Source: an uncultured virus (IMG/VR IMGVR_UViG_3300008261_000015)
Taxonomy: Duplodnaviria > Heunggongvirae > Uroviricota > Caudoviricetes
IMG/VR virus record: IMGVR_UViG_3300008261_000015
Reading direction: 5' to 3' (one strand)
Length of the DNA stretch: 64,000 bases
Both the position numbers and the translations under genes were made by a program. Shown in pieces: positions 26,757 to 37,809 of this stretch (the stretch's first letter is position 1; each line of letters begins with the position of its first letter). Below the pieces are notes generated by a model. The model made no database searches. It worked only from the letters and a program-made list of their open reading frames with translations, and was not told where the DNA came from.

Positions 26757-27062
26757 ATGATGAGGAAAGCAACGAAAGGTCCAGGACCTAAAAGAACACC
26801 AGGCGCATCTAAACGAGAATATCGTGGTAACTTATTGACGGGTAAAAAAATAGAAGTTGTACCTAGTCGTGAGAAATATAACGCTAGTCAAGATGCTACA
26901 AGTGTGGTTAAGATAAAAAGAGTAGTACGCCCTATTGAACAACCAAGGGGAAAGATGCTCATGAAAAAAACAATGTCTTCCACTGCAAGTCAAGGAATTT
27001 CTGAAGCTGCTCAGCAAATAGTAAACACGGCTCTTAAAAAGAAGCCTGTTAGTAAAAAATAA
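26757..27062 (+). CDS. Lys/Arg-rich basic protein
   Basis: 101 aa, KGPG. Confidence 0.6.
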   Translation: MMRKATKGPGPKRTPGASKREYRGNLLTGKKIEVVPSREKYNASQDATSVVKIKRVVRPIEQPRGKMLMKKTMSSTASQGISEAAQQIVNTALKKKPVSKK

Positions 27063-27086
27063 TATTTCAAATTAAATTAAAATCAA

Positions 27087-27818
27087 ATGGAACAATTAAA
27101 ATCGAGAACTTATGTTCTCCTAAGATCAGACGCGCCACTTAGCTTGATGATCCCATCAAAAGGGACAGCTAGAAGGCCGCTACTTTATTTTGATGGAAAG
27201 GCAAACAGACAGCTGAGGTATTCAGCAAATCAACCAAGCCCATTCATTGACGAACAGGACGGAAACGTACTACTTGAGCCAATCGTATTTGAGGATGGCA
27301 TGTTGCACGTTCCAGAGAGTAATCCAATCCTTCAACAGTTTCTTTATTACCACCCTGGTAATGGAAAAATATTTGAAGAACTAGACTCTGAAAAAGATGC
27401 TCAAAGAGATTTGGAGTATCTTGATATTGAGGTTGACGCATTGATTGCAGCTAAGTCAATGGAGATTTCGATGATGGAGACTGTTGCTAGAATTGGACTT
27501 GGAGCACAGGCTGATAAGAAGACATCTGCCGAGCTTAAGAGAGACGTAATTGTGTTTGCTAAGAATCAACCATATCGATTTATGGAGATTCTTAATGATC
27601 CATTGTTGAAAGTTCAAGACATTGTTGCTAGAGCGTTCGAACAGCAGATTCTTAAAATGAGAAATAAGAATAGAGATATCTATTTCAACTTCCCTGAAAA
27701 TAAGAGTAAATTCATGACGATCCCATTTGGGGAACATAGAATTTCAACAGTATCTAAGTACTTGCAGTCCGATGAGGGTATCGAGACTCTAAAGTTACTA
27801 GAGAGACACGTAGAGTAA
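27087..27818 (+). CDS. conserved morphogenesis-region protein
   Basis: 243 aa, LRY..NQ.SPF.DEQ...I.FEDG.L.V. Confidence 0.7.
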   Translation: MEQLKSRTYVLLRSDAPLSLMIPSKGTARRPLLYFDGKANRQLRYSANQPSPFIDEQDGNVLLEPIVFEDGMLHVPESNPILQQFLYYHPGNGKIFEELDSEKDAQRDLEYLDIEVDALIAAKSMEISMMETVARIGLGAQADKKTSAELKRDVIVFAKNQPYRFMEILNDPLLKVQDIVARAFEQQILKMRNKNRDIYFNFPENKSKFMTIPFGEHRISTVSKYLQSDEGIETLKLLERHVE

Positions 27819-27820
27819 AT

Positions 27821-27850
27821 TAGAGAGGGGTAAAACCCTCTCTTTTTTTT
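27821..27850 (+). terminator. intrinsic terminator
   Basis: AGAGAGGG-GTAAAA-CCCTCTCT plus T-run. Confidence 0.8.
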
Positions 27851-27875
27851 ATTATCTTTGTACAAAAAGAATGGA

Positions 27876-28577
27876 ATGATAAACTCAGTAAGAAATACGG
27901 TTCTATCGGTTCTGAACAAGAATAATTACGGCTACATCAGCCCTAATGACTTCAACCTATTTGCCAAGCAGGCACAGCTTGACATATTTGAGAATTACTT
28001 TTACAGATACAACTACCAGATCTTGAAGGAGAATGCTAGAGAATCTGGTATTGGTTATGCAGATATTAAGAAGCAGTACGAAGAAGTTATTGACTCGTTT
28101 AGTAAATCAGTTGCACTGACTAAGACGTCAGGCACTTTTGCTTTGCCTACAGATTACTACACCATTGTTAGAATTATTCATACAAACAATGTTGGAAAGA
28201 TGGTTGAAATTGAGAAAGTTTCAATGGCTAGAGCTCAACAATTGTTGATGTCAAACCTAACTCAACCTATTGAGTTGTTTCCTGCTTACGTTCAGTCAGA
28301 GAATAAAGTTACTGTTTACCCAGACACTATTAGTACTGGGGTTTCTTGCTATTACGTAAGGTACCCTAAAGATCCTAAGTGGACTTATACTCTTGTTGCT
28401 GGTGAGCCTTTGTTTAACCAGAATGCTGTTGATTATCAAGATTTTGAGTTACCAAATACAGATGAGCCAACGCTTGTCGCTAAGATTTTACAGTTTGCTG
28501 GAATGTCTATTAGAGAGACTGAAGCTCTTAACTTTGCCACTCAGCAAGAACAATCAGAAATAGTTGTTGAAAAATAA
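27876..28577 (+). CDS. head-tail adaptor / tail ring protein
   Basis: N....GYISP.DFN..A..AQ, LP.DY, Y.RYP..P.W; position. Confidence 0.7.
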   Translation: MINSVRNTVLSVLNKNNYGYISPNDFNLFAKQAQLDIFENYFYRYNYQILKENARESGIGYADIKKQYEEVIDSFSKSVALTKTSGTFALPTDYYTIVRIIHTNNVGKMVEIEKVSMARAQQLLMSNLTQPIELFPAYVQSENKVTVYPDTISTGVSCYYVRYPKDPKWTYTLVAGEPLFNQNAVDYQDFELPNTDEPTLVAKILQFAGMSIRETEALNFATQQEQSEIVVEK

Positions 28578-29554
28578 TGGGTCTATATAATAAATATCTA
28601 TCTGATCTTCAGTACTATAGCAACAATGGTAATACGCCAGAGGATGCTAATTGGGGATCTTATCAATACATATCTCTAGAGGATATTGTCAACAACTTTA
28701 TGTTGATGTATCAGGGAGATCATGAGTTGATGAATAACCTAAATAGGTATAAGGTTTTATTCTACGCGAAGAGAGGCATCCAGGAACTTAACTACGATGC
28801 GATGAAAGAGATTAAAGTTCTCCAGCAGTCAGTAGGTCCTAACCTTAAGTTTGTACTTCCGTCTGATTACGTGAACTGGATTAGAATCTCTCTATACAAA
28901 GATGGCTTAATTATGCCATTGACAGAGAACATCCAAGTGAACTTTGCAAAAGAGTACGTTCAGGATAATAACTACAAAGTTGTTGTAGATCAGAATGGAA
29001 TAGTAATTGAGGCTCAAACATCAGACCTTGATCACGATAGATTGAACAATATTCAGAAAAGCATTTATCTAAATCCTTCCAGTCCATACCACAATATGTG
29101 GGGATGGGAGTACGGAGGAAACTGGTACTTTGACTACGCTGTTGGAAGTAGATATGGTTTAAATACTGAGACCGCGAATCAGAACCCAACATTCAAGATT
29201 GACAAGAAGTCTGGAGTAATTAACTTTAGTCATGATATGGCTAACCAGTCATGCATCCTTGAGTATATCTCAGATGGAATGGAGTACACATCTGTTGCCA
29301 CTGCACCTCCTGGGAAACCAGTTGCTTCTAGAAACGACTCTGCTATCAGTGTAAATAAGATGTTTGAGAATTACATTTACTCATTTATCAAGTATTCTAT
29401 TGTCAGCAATAAACTAGGAGTTCAAGAGTACGTTGTGGCTAGATCTAGAAAAGAGATGACTGCCCTATTGAGAAACGCAAGAATCAGAATTAGCAATATT
29501 CACCCAGGTCGACTTCTTATGAACATGAGAGGTCAGAACAAGATGATTAAATAA
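28577..29554 (+). CDS. tail ring / tubular protein
   Basis: KRGIQEL.YD, LP.DYVN..RIS, LEYISDG. Confidence 0.7.
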   Translation: MGLYNKYLSDLQYYSNNGNTPEDANWGSYQYISLEDIVNNFMLMYQGDHELMNNLNRYKVLFYAKRGIQELNYDAMKEIKVLQQSVGPNLKFVLPSDYVNWIRISLYKDGLIMPLTENIQVNFAKEYVQDNNYKVVVDQNGIVIEAQTSDLDHDRLNNIQKSIYLNPSSPYHNMWGWEYGGNWYFDYAVGSRYGLNTETANQNPTFKIDKKSGVINFSHDMANQSCILEYISDGMEYTSVATAPPGKPVASRNDSAISVNKMFENYIYSFIKYSIVSNKLGVQEYVVARSRKEMTALLRNARIRISNIHPGRLLMNMRGQNKMIK

Positions 29555-29556
29555 AC

Positions 29557-32500
29557 ATGGATTTAGTAAAAACCTTTGTAAAGGGCAGGATGAATAAAAG
29601 CCTTGACGAAAGGCTTATACCCGATGGCGAGTACATAAATGCCGTCAATGTTCGCGTTGGTTCTACTGAGCTGAGTGATATTGGTTCTTTAGAAAATACA
29701 AGGGGTAATGTTAAGATTTCTGAAATATTATATAACAATAATCCTCTTGATCAAACAGCTACTGTTATTGGAGCTTTTCAGGATGGTGTAAACAATACTA
29801 TCTATTGGTTTATTCACTCTCCAGTAGACGGAGTAGACATGATCGTATCAATGAATGTTGAGACTGGACTTACAGTGTATCATGTAATCAGCACATCTGT
29901 TTTAAACTTTAGCAGACAACATTTAATTAATGGAGTAAACAAAGTAGAAGATTTGCTATTTTTCACAGATGGATATAACCCTCCACGAAAGATAAATGTA
30001 ACTAGATCATATCCATCAGAACCAGAATTAACAGAGGCTGACATTTCTGTTATTGTTGCACCCCCAGCAGAGGCTCCATCTATAGAACTTCTAAATATTA
30101 ATGGTGACGAAAACTATATTGAGGACAAGTTCTTGTCATTTGCTTATAGATACAAGTGCTTAGATGGTGAGTATAGTGCAGTTTCTCAATTTAGTGAGAT
30201 AGCATTTGAACCTGGGTTTTTTAATTTTGACTTTAAAACTTTTGAAAACAGCGGAATGAGAAACTCATTTAACGCTGTTAATGTCACATTTAATACTGGT
30301 GGAGAAAATGTAGTTGGTATTGACCTTCTATTTAAGAACTCAGTATCAAATGTTATAAATGTTATAGAGAAGTACGATAAGAGTACTTTAAGTCTTACAG
30401 ATAATTCAGAACACACAGTTCAGTTTAGTTCTAAAAAAATACTTACAACTCTACCTGAGTCTGAGGGGGTTAGAATGTTTGACAATGTTCCTTTGTTAGC
30501 GAAGGCTCAAACTGTTATGTCAAACAGATTGTTTTACGGGAATTATAAGGACGGATACGATGTAGTAGACTCTAACGGGAAACAAATTGACGTTAAGATC
30601 AATGCTTCATTAGTATCTCAGGAATTAGGATATTTAGAGGTGCCTACGATTGAGGCTTCCTCTCAGTACAATATTGTTCCTCCTTCTACTCAAACGTATA
30701 ACGATACGCTTCTAACTATAAATCTTGACAATGTTGATTTAAAGACTGGGTCAGCCATAGGCATAGACTTAACACTTGACGGTAAGCTGGTTTCTAATCC
30801 AAGCGCTATAGCAAATAGTTTGGTACAATCTTTTTACTTTCAACTACAGAAAGACTATAATTCGGTATACGAGTTAGTTACAAGCCAAGAATTTAAGGAC
30901 GCAATAGGCTCTGAAACATTCCACGCTGATATTACAGATTGCGGAACATCTGCACAAGGAACATCATTGACAGATAAAATATCTTGTCAAGCAACTGCTC
31001 CAGTAGGATTTACTAGTTACGGATATGGTATCAATACTGTAGGAGAAGGTATCAAAATTATTGCTACACCAGGTTCTTCATCTTTTTCATTGCAAATGAT
31101 TGTAATGGTTTATCAAGATAATGTTAACCCTACAGTTTTTAATTACGAATATTTTTCATTAGCATTTGCATCAGCTGAGTTTATAAGTCAATCTGACGCA
31201 AGCAGTTTGCACAGCAACAGAGACTTTTCTTTGGGGATAATCTACATGGATGACTTCAATAGATCTACAACTGTATTGGTTTCTGAAAACAACTCAATAC
31301 ACGTACCTGCCGCAAACTCTGTGAAGAAGAATTCAATAAAGGTTGATATACTTTCTGACGCTCCTTATTGGGCCAAGAAATACAAGTTTGCATTACTACC
31401 ATCTGGATTAGACTATGAGACTATCTACAGCTCTCTTTATTTCTTAAATCCTGGAGATGGTTCTGTGTACTTGAATCTAGAAGGTAATAACCAAAACAAG
31501 GCGAAGGTTGGTGACACGCTGATTGTTAAGAGAGATAGCAACGGCCCTGTTCTTGACTTGGTGAAGTGTGACATATTAGACATCGTAGCAAAGCCTGCTG
31601 ATTTTATTGAAGGTGGTTCTGAAGAACCTGCTGGACTTTACATGAAGATAAAGCCTGTAGGGTTTTCTATAGATACATCAACAAAAGTTATTTTAGGTAA
31701 CGAAACATTTACAAGCAACTTTACACCATTCACTGACCCAGCATATCCAGCAGTTTCTGTGCCTTTATTTACAGAGGACCCAATTGGAACATTTACTCCC
31801 TGGGAGATTACTGAGGGAAGTATTATTGAATTTGATATTGTAATCAATAGACCAGATAAAAGCAACAAGGTAGGCCAGAGAAGATATGTTTATAAGGAGC
31901 AGTTTATTGCAGCTTCTAACTATAATAATCTATATGAATTTGCAACTGCTCAAAACATAGACTTTAGTACTGGAGATAGTACTGAGACTGGTGATGAGGT
32001 TCCAAACGTGAATACATTTATCACATCTTTAGGAACTTCATATCCATCAGCAACTGGTGGAGTTAATAAGTATCAGTTCTTTGAGAATCCATTGACACCA
32101 GGGAAACTATACTTTGGTATAAGATCTGGAACTCCAGATAGAGTTGGGGCAAAGTCAACTATAACTGCATCTGTTAGTGTTATTAGACAGGGGGCTTTAA
32201 TCGTATTTGAAACAGAGCCAACAGATCCTTTACCAGCTTTATATTACGAGGGAAGTCAAACATTTTACATTGTTGATGGAGAGCATGAGGATACTAGCAT
32301 CGTTCTAAATTTCTTCGATTGTTTTACATTTGGTAACGGTGTAGAAAGTTACAAGATTGAAGATTCATTGGGAGCTCCTTATTTTAGACTAGGTCAAAGG
32401 GTGTCCTCTGTTTCTGGTCAGGATTTTCAGTTAGCAAATAGATTTGCCTCTATAACTTATAGCGGTGTATTTAATCCAGAGAATAACGTAAACAAGTTGA

Positions 32501-33798
32501 ACGAATTCAATTTAGGACTAGCTAACTTTAAGGATCTAGAAAGAAGATTTGGTTCAATTCAAAAGTTGTCTGGAAGACAAACTGACATTCTTGTTTTGCA
32601 AGAAGATAAGGTTTCTTACGTACTTGCTGGAAAGAATGTACTATCTGACGCTGCCGTTGGAGGTGGATCTATTGCAGCTATACCACAAGTTCTTGGTAAT
32701 CAAATTGCAAGAATTGAAGAGTATGGAATCAGTTTAAACCCAGAAAGCTATGTTGAGTGGGGCTTCTACAAGTACTTTACAGATCAAAAAAGAGGTGCTG
32801 TAATTCAGTTAGCTGGAGATGGGCCAGACGAGAAACTAGAAGTGATATCTAATCAGGGCATGAGACCTTGGTTTAGGGACTTATTTATAAACGAGTGGAA
32901 TACTCAGAAACTAGGTGGATATGATCCATACATGGATGAGTATGTTCTTAGCTCAAATGACATTGAAGTTATTCCAGACATGTATACCGTTGGTTGTGGA
33001 ACTGAAATTCAAATAAGAAATGGTTTGGATGGACTTCCTCCAACTAATGTAAATCTTGGGGAGTACACTGGTCAAGTTTCTGTAAGTCTTACTATAGACT
33101 CCATTGGATCAGGAGAGACACTTAATATGTCTTTCTTATACGATGGCGTAACTTATAGCAGTGGAAATACTTCTGAGGACGACACATTTGTTTTTACTAA
33201 GACAGCAAAAGACACTGGCGTGCTAAGTGTTGTTCAGAATGCGGCTATGGCATCATTTAGAATTACAGTTGGTTGCCCATCTACAGAAGGATTGACAGTC
33301 GTATCAGTGACAGTTAACGATAAGTCTTATGAAGGTAAGGTTATAACTGACGAATACTCAGTTGGAACAAATGTGTCTGGTAAGTTAGTAAGCATGCTTG
33401 GCGGAACAACCAACCCTATCGTATCCAACTACGGAACTGTATTTGGGCCTGAAGGATTTGGTTCAATACCTAATAATGGAGATGTTGTGAAAATTACATC
33501 TAGAAAAGGCACAACTGGAACAATGCAGTTCAATCCAGCTACACATAAGTTGAGATATCTAATGTCAAACACTTTGTATACACAAGCAAATGTGTTATCT
33601 TTATTGAACGCTTCAACTGTTGCAAGTCCAGTATTAAACCCATCAACTGGCGTTTATTCTGCAAACTTCACATACACGAGCGGATCTGACTACTTGTATA
33701 TTATTCACGACTACAGAAATATTTACAGTCAAGACTTGTGCTACAGCAGTGTATCTGCAAGCGAGGCTTGCTGTGAGTGTGGAGGTGGACCTTCATAA
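29557..33798 (+). CDS. tail nozzle / stabilisation protein
   Basis: 1413 aa; F..G.MNK.LDER.IP.GEY..A.N, LFFTDG.NPPRKIN, NRL.YGNY, YG.S.NPES, YF.D.KRG. Confidence 0.8.
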   Translation: MDLVKTFVKGRMNKSLDERLIPDGEYINAVNVRVGSTELSDIGSLENTRGNVKISEILYNNNPLDQTATVIGAFQDGVNNTIYWFIHSPVDGVDMIVSMNVETGLTVYHVISTSVLNFSRQHLINGVNKVEDLLFFTDGYNPPRKINVTRSYPSEPELTEADISVIVAPPAEAPSIELLNINGDENYIEDKFLSFAYRYKCLDGEYSAVSQFSEIAFEPGFFNFDFKTFENSGMRNSFNAVNVTFNTGGENVVGIDLLFKNSVSNVINVIEKYDKSTLSLTDNSEHTVQFSSKKILTTLPESEGVRMFDNVPLLAKAQTVMSNRLFYGNYKDGYDVVDSNGKQIDVKINASLVSQELGYLEVPTIEASSQYNIVPPSTQTYNDTLLTINLDNVDLKTGSAIGIDLTLDGKLVSNPSAIANSLVQSFYFQLQKDYNSVYELVTSQEFKDAIGSETFHADITDCGTSAQGTSLTDKISCQATAPVGFTSYGYGINTVGEGIKIIATPGSSSFSLQMIVMVYQDNVNPTVFNYEYFSLAFASAEFISQSDASSLHSNRDFSLGIIYMDDFNRSTTVLVSENNSIHVPAANSVKKNSIKVDILSDAPYWAKKYKFALLPSGLDYETIYSSLYFLNPGDGSVYLNLEGNNQNKAKVGDTLIVKRDSNGPVLDLVKCDILDIVAKPADFIEGGSEEPAGLYMKIKPVGFSIDTSTKVILGNETFTSNFTPFTDPAYPAVSVPLFTEDPIGTFTPWEITEGSIIEFDIVINRPDKSNKVGQRRYVYKEQFIAASNYNNLYEFATAQNIDFSTGDSTETGDEVPNVNTFITSLGTSYPSATGGVNKYQFFENPLTPGKLYFGIRSGTPDRVGAKSTITASVSVIRQGALIVFETEPTDPLPALYYEGSQTFYIVDGEHEDTSIVLNFFDCFTFGNGVESYKIEDSLGAPYFRLGQRVSSVSGQDFQLANRFASITYSGVFNPENNVNKLNEFNLGLANFKDLERRFGSIQKLSGRQTDILVLQEDKVSYVLAGKNVLSDAAVGGGSIAAIPQVLGNQIARIEEYGISLNPESYVEWGFYKYFTDQKRGAVIQLAGDGPDEKLEVISNQGMRPWFRDLFINEWNTQKLGGYDPYMDEYVLSSNDIEVIPDMYTVGCGTEIQIRNGLDGLPPTNVNLGEYTGQVSVSLTIDSIGSGETLNMSFLYDGVTYSSGNTSEDDTFVFTKTAKDTGVLSVVQNAAMASFRITVGCPSTEGLTVVSVTVNDKSYEGKVITDEYSVGTNVSGKLVSMLGGTTNPIVSNYGTVFGPEGFGSIPNNGDVVKITSRKGTTGTMQFNPATHKLRYLMSNTLYTQANVLSLLNASTVASPVLNPSTGVYSANFTYTSGSDYLYIIHDYRNIYSQDLCYSSVSASEACCECGGGPS

Positions 33799-33801
33799 AA
33801 T

Positions 33802-34524
33802 ATGGCGACATACTACATAAATACAAATAGTTTTGCTACAGCAACAGGCATATGGACAGACGCTAATCTGACCACAAAGGCACCTAATGGATTCTATCAA
33901 AAAGATGGGGTCTATAGACAGATGTCTGGAGGTGAATTATTGGCGCCATTAAATTGCCCTGAATGTTTTAATCCTTATGGGTCAAGCCCAGTTGGAGTAG
34001 ACTCATCAGCAGCGTGTTCATCAACAATTAATCAGACTTACTACTTTGACAATGTAGATGGAGGTGTTGGTGAAACAGAACCAGAAGTTGGAGATTTAGT
34101 TTATAGCAACATAACAGGTACCACGCCTTTAGGGGCTGGGTTCTATAAGTTAGTATCTGGACAATACATTCAAGTAAATTCTAGTGGAGTTGTAATTGCA
34201 AAGGGAACATGTCCTGCTGTTGAGGATCAGTTCACTATTTACTTTGATGTGACTACAAATCCTAATACTTACGGATGGGGTAGTTCATCAGCTGCTTGCG
34301 CAGGAACAGGTACACCTTTGACAGTATACATTATTGGAACAGCTACTAGTTTGTATGATGCTTATCTTCAAGGAAAAGCTTTATACACAAATCCTGCTAG
34401 AACAACACCATATTTATTGAATGGTAACAATACACATTATAAAACTGTATCAGCCCCAGCTTCAGGACAAACTTTATTAATTGATGGGGTTGGAGTAATT
34501 TCAAGCTTTGGAGGACCTTGTTAA
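33802..34524 (+). CDS. tail accessory protein with duplicated Cys-containing module
   Basis: two SSAAC modules, G/T/S-rich. Confidence 0.6.
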   Translation: MATYYINTNSFATATGIWTDANLTTKAPNGFYQKDGVYRQMSGGELLAPLNCPECFNPYGSSPVGVDSSAACSSTINQTYYFDNVDGGVGETEPEVGDLVYSNITGTTPLGAGFYKLVSGQYIQVNSSGVVIAKGTCPAVEDQFTIYFDVTTNPNTYGWGSSSAACAGTGTPLTVYIIGTATSLYDAYLQGKALYTNPARTTPYLLNGNNTHYKTVSAPASGQTLLIDGVGVISSFGGPC

Positions 34525-34527
34525 TAT

Positions 34528-35301
34528 ATGAGCTACACACTAACATACAGCCAGGGAGTTGAGGGATGGCCTTCATTCTACACTTACTACCCTGAATTCA
34601 TGATCGGAATGAACCAGCATTTCTATACATTCGATAGAGGGAATTTATATAGACATAATGCTACTGGTCCTAGAAATACTTTCTATGGAACTTACTACCC
34701 ATCATCTGTAAGAGGTATAATAAACCAATCTCCTATAGAAAAGAAGGTATTTAAGACTATTGCTCTTGAATCTAACGCTGCTTGGAGCGCGTCATTGGTT
34801 ACAGATTTGGAAACTGGATTTATAGAAAAACAATACTTTGAGGATAAGGAAGCCACTTTCTTCGCATACATTAGGGGGGCTTCTGGTGGATTAACAAGTC
34901 CAAACTTTAAGTTAAGATCTACTCAGGGTATCGGTAATTCAACGCAAGTAAACTCAGCGACAATTACAGCTGTAACAGTTAAGTTTCCATTTATAGTTGA
35001 CTCGATGGTTAGTGTAGATGATCTCCTGTATCAGGTTAGCGTAACTACGGGACAAATGACATGGAGCGGAAACATAACTGGGGTATCTGGAGACACAATT
35101 ACTGTAAATTGTTTTTTCCCAGTAGGCGCTACGCCAAAAACAGTGCCTACTGTTGGACAGTATATGTTTTACGCAAAGAATCAAGTAGCTGAATCTCATG
35201 GCCTTAGAGGTGATTACCTAGATTATGTAATATCTAATGACGACAGTTCTGCTGTAGAATTATTTGCAATACGCTCTGAGGTATTCAAATCCTTTCCTTA
35301 A
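34528..35301 (+). CDS. tail protein (nozzle C-terminal-like)
   Basis: TLTYS....GW.SFY.Y.P, K.FKTI.LE, GLRG.Y...ELFA. Confidence 0.65.
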   Translation: MSYTLTYSQGVEGWPSFYTYYPEFMIGMNQHFYTFDRGNLYRHNATGPRNTFYGTYYPSSVRGIINQSPIEKKVFKTIALESNAAWSASLVTDLETGFIEKQYFEDKEATFFAYIRGASGGLTSPNFKLRSTQGIGNSTQVNSATITAVTVKFPFIVDSMVSVDDLLYQVSVTTGQMTWSGNITGVSGDTITVNCFFPVGATPKTVPTVGQYMFYAKNQVAESHGLRGDYLDYVISNDDSSAVELFAIRSEVFKSFP

Positions 35302-35310
35302 ATTTGCATT

Positions 35311-35721
35311 ATGCTACACGTAAGAAGTCTGACTTCAGAAGATTACAGTGAATACTTAGTAAAGTGGTGGAATGATTGGAGATGGACTCCTCCTCCACGC
35401 GAGTTTCTGCCTTACAACGGTACAGGTGGTTTTATGATTTGTGACGAAGATTATCCAGTAGTTGCTGGGTTTTTGTACACCACAAATTCAAGTGCAGCTT
35501 GGATGGAGTTTATTGTGTCAAACATGGAGTATAGACACAAAGAGAATAGAAAAGAGGCTATTAAGTTATTGATAATGAGCCTAGAAGAATTAGCAAAGAT
35601 TAACGGGAAAAAATATATTTACTCAAGCCTTAAAAACGAATCCCTCATAAACGCTTATATGGATTGTGGATTTGTAAAAGGTAGCAGTAACACACAAGAA
35701 ATGATAAAGACATGCCAATAA
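35311..35721 (+). CDS. GNAT-fold acetyltransferase-like protein
   Basis: AGFLY...AWMEFIVSN..YR...L...A...G...Y...GF. Confidence 0.6.
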   Translation: MLHVRSLTSEDYSEYLVKWWNDWRWTPPPREFLPYNGTGGFMICDEDYPVVAGFLYTTNSSAAWMEFIVSNMEYRHKENRKEAIKLLIMSLEELAKINGKKYIYSSLKNESLINAYMDCGFVKGSSNTQEMIKTCQ

Positions 35722-36443
35722 CTACAGCAGCAGCAGCAGCAATATCAGCAGGAACTCAATTGGTTGGAGCCGCAGCATCTTTTGCTCAAGCGGCTAAAAA
35801 TAACCGATTAAAAAGAGAGGCTGAAACTGCTGCAAAAAAATACATGGAGGATGCAGTAAAAGCATATAAGACAAACTACGCAGAAGATATTCAAGTACCT
35901 CTAGAGGGTTATGAAAGAGCAGCTGAGATGAATACTCAAGCTGCTGCTCAGTCTTTAGAAGCTATGAGAGAGTCTGGACAAAGAGCAGTAATTGGTGGTG
36001 TATCTGGACTACAGCAGCAAGCTCAACAAGGTTCAGAGGCTTTAAGAATGGCTATGCAACAAGACCTGTATAACAGAAACCTACAAATTGCCGAGGAGGA
36101 AGCTAACATTAGAGATAGATTGGCCACTATTGACCTGAATCAAGCTACTGGTGCTCAAGAAGCCGCAGCGGATGCTCAAGCGATGAAAGCTAAATCAGTA
36201 GAAAGTGGTTTTGGAAATATAGCTGGTGCTGGAAGTACTATTTATGAAGCATCAGATCTTTATAGAAAAAACGAAGAGGCTCAAAAATCAGGAATAGGGG
36301 CAATGTTCCCTGGGCTGTTTGGAGGATCTGCTGGCAATAAAACATCGGCGTCTAGTGTAGGAGGAACTACTCCTTATAGTAGAATGAGTAATCCAGCCGC
36401 AGGGGTTGGTAAGCCTAAAATCAAAATACCAACTGGTTTCTAA
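35712..36443 (+). CDS. internal virion / ejection protein
   Basis: A/Q/G-rich helical with hydrophobic N-terminus. Confidence 0.65.
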   Translation: MPITTAAAAAISAGTQLVGAAASFAQAAKNNRLKREAETAAKKYMEDAVKAYKTNYAEDIQVPLEGYERAAEMNTQAAAQSLEAMRESGQRAVIGGVSGLQQQAQQGSEALRMAMQQDLYNRNLQIAEEEANIRDRLATIDLNQATGAQEAAADAQAMKAKSVESGFGNIAGAGSTIYEASDLYRKNEEAQKSGIGAMFPGLFGGSAGNKTSASSVGGTTPYSRMSNPAAGVGKPKIKIPTGF

Positions 36444-36445
36444 AG

Positions 36446-37786
36446 ATGTCTACATACTATAATTACGTAAGAAGAGGTACTGAATCCCAGGTTGACTGGG
36501 GTAAGATTGGATCTGAGATATCTGGTGAGATTGATCGAGTAAGCCAAGAAAGACAGGCTAAAAGAGATGAACTTGATAAACTAAGCATGGACCTCGTTAG
36601 AGGGGCATCTCAAGTGTCTTTGCCTGAGCAAAACTATCTTAGAAACATGGTTCTTAACGGAACCAACGAGATGAAGGACTTAGCATTGACTCAGAACAGG
36701 CTATTAAAGGAGGGCAAGATTACGCCAGCACAATATAAAATGGTGATGGAGAACATGAAAAACAATGTTCAAAGTCTAGACACTGCTGTTAAATCTTTTT
36801 CACCATCTTACAAAAGAGACATAGATAGATTGTCTAAGGGTGAAATGAGTTGGAAGGAACAGCAAAAAAAAGAAAAGCTTTTTAAGTACGGTAATCTAGA
36901 AAATAAAGCGCTTATTGTAAACGCAGATGGAAACTTTGTTTTTACAGATTTAGATCAGAATGGAGATCCTATAGCAGATCCAAGCAGAATGATGAGCGTA
37001 GGCGTACTTGCTCAGGGTCTTGAGGCTATAGAGCCAAAGTTTGACGTGAAGAAAGAGTTGGAAGATTCTTTTGCATCCATAGGAGAAGTAACTAAAATAT
37101 TAAGACAAGGAGGGATAGAATCTGAAACATCCGTTCTTAACAATGAAAACTATACAAAAGTTAGAGACAGCGTGGTTGACTCTATTGTTGAAGATCCTGA
37201 CAAGTTAGTTGAGGTAATGGGTGGATATTATGGAGGTTATACTGCGGTTTATGATAAGTCTAAAGCTGGTGGGAAAAACATTTATATCGACGCTAACGGT
37301 AATGCATACCCTACAGATGATCAGAAAAAGGAAATCAAAGATAAACTGACTAAAGAGTTTGATGCTAAAGTTAGCATTGAAAGAAAAGGAACAGCTGTAT
37401 TTAGTCCTTACACTAGAACTCCTAAAGAAGAGGATTTAGAAGAAGATCTTGGATTTATACCTTTGTATGAACTACCATTTGGCGCTACTGGAGCTGAAAT
37501 TGCTGAAGATGCAATATTAGCTGTTGGTTCTGATATAGATGATGTAGACGAGCTTAATAGGGTTCTTAGAAGAATTTCCGCTAACATAACAGCTCAAGCT
37601 GTTGATGGGCCTGGGACAGATAATCAAATTATAATTTCTGCACCTGGAGTAACCCCTATAACGATAGATGAAGATGATGACAACGCGCTATTAGACGCCA
37701 TAGATCAAATAAGACGACAGTTGTACGACGCAGGACTTGGAGGTACTGGTGGAGGAACAGGTGCAGGTGGAGGAGTATTAGATTAA
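36446..37786 (+). CDS. internal virion / ejection protein
   Basis: 446 aa, between ejection-type genes. Confidence 0.6.
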   Translation: MSTYYNYVRRGTESQVDWGKIGSEISGEIDRVSQERQAKRDELDKLSMDLVRGASQVSLPEQNYLRNMVLNGTNEMKDLALTQNRLLKEGKITPAQYKMVMENMKNNVQSLDTAVKSFSPSYKRDIDRLSKGEMSWKEQQKKEKLFKYGNLENKALIVNADGNFVFTDLDQNGDPIADPSRMMSVGVLAQGLEAIEPKFDVKKELEDSFASIGEVTKILRQGGIESETSVLNNENYTKVRDSVVDSIVEDPDKLVEVMGGYYGGYTAVYDKSKAGGKNIYIDANGNAYPTDDQKKEIKDKLTKEFDAKVSIERKGTAVFSPYTRTPKEEDLEEDLGFIPLYELPFGATGAEIAEDAILAVGSDIDDVDELNRVLRRISANITAQAVDGPGTDNQIIISAPGVTPITIDEDDDNALLDAIDQIRRQLYDAGLGGTGGGTGAGGGVLD

Positions 37787-37809
37787 TAAAAAAATATTAA
37801 ACAAACAGC

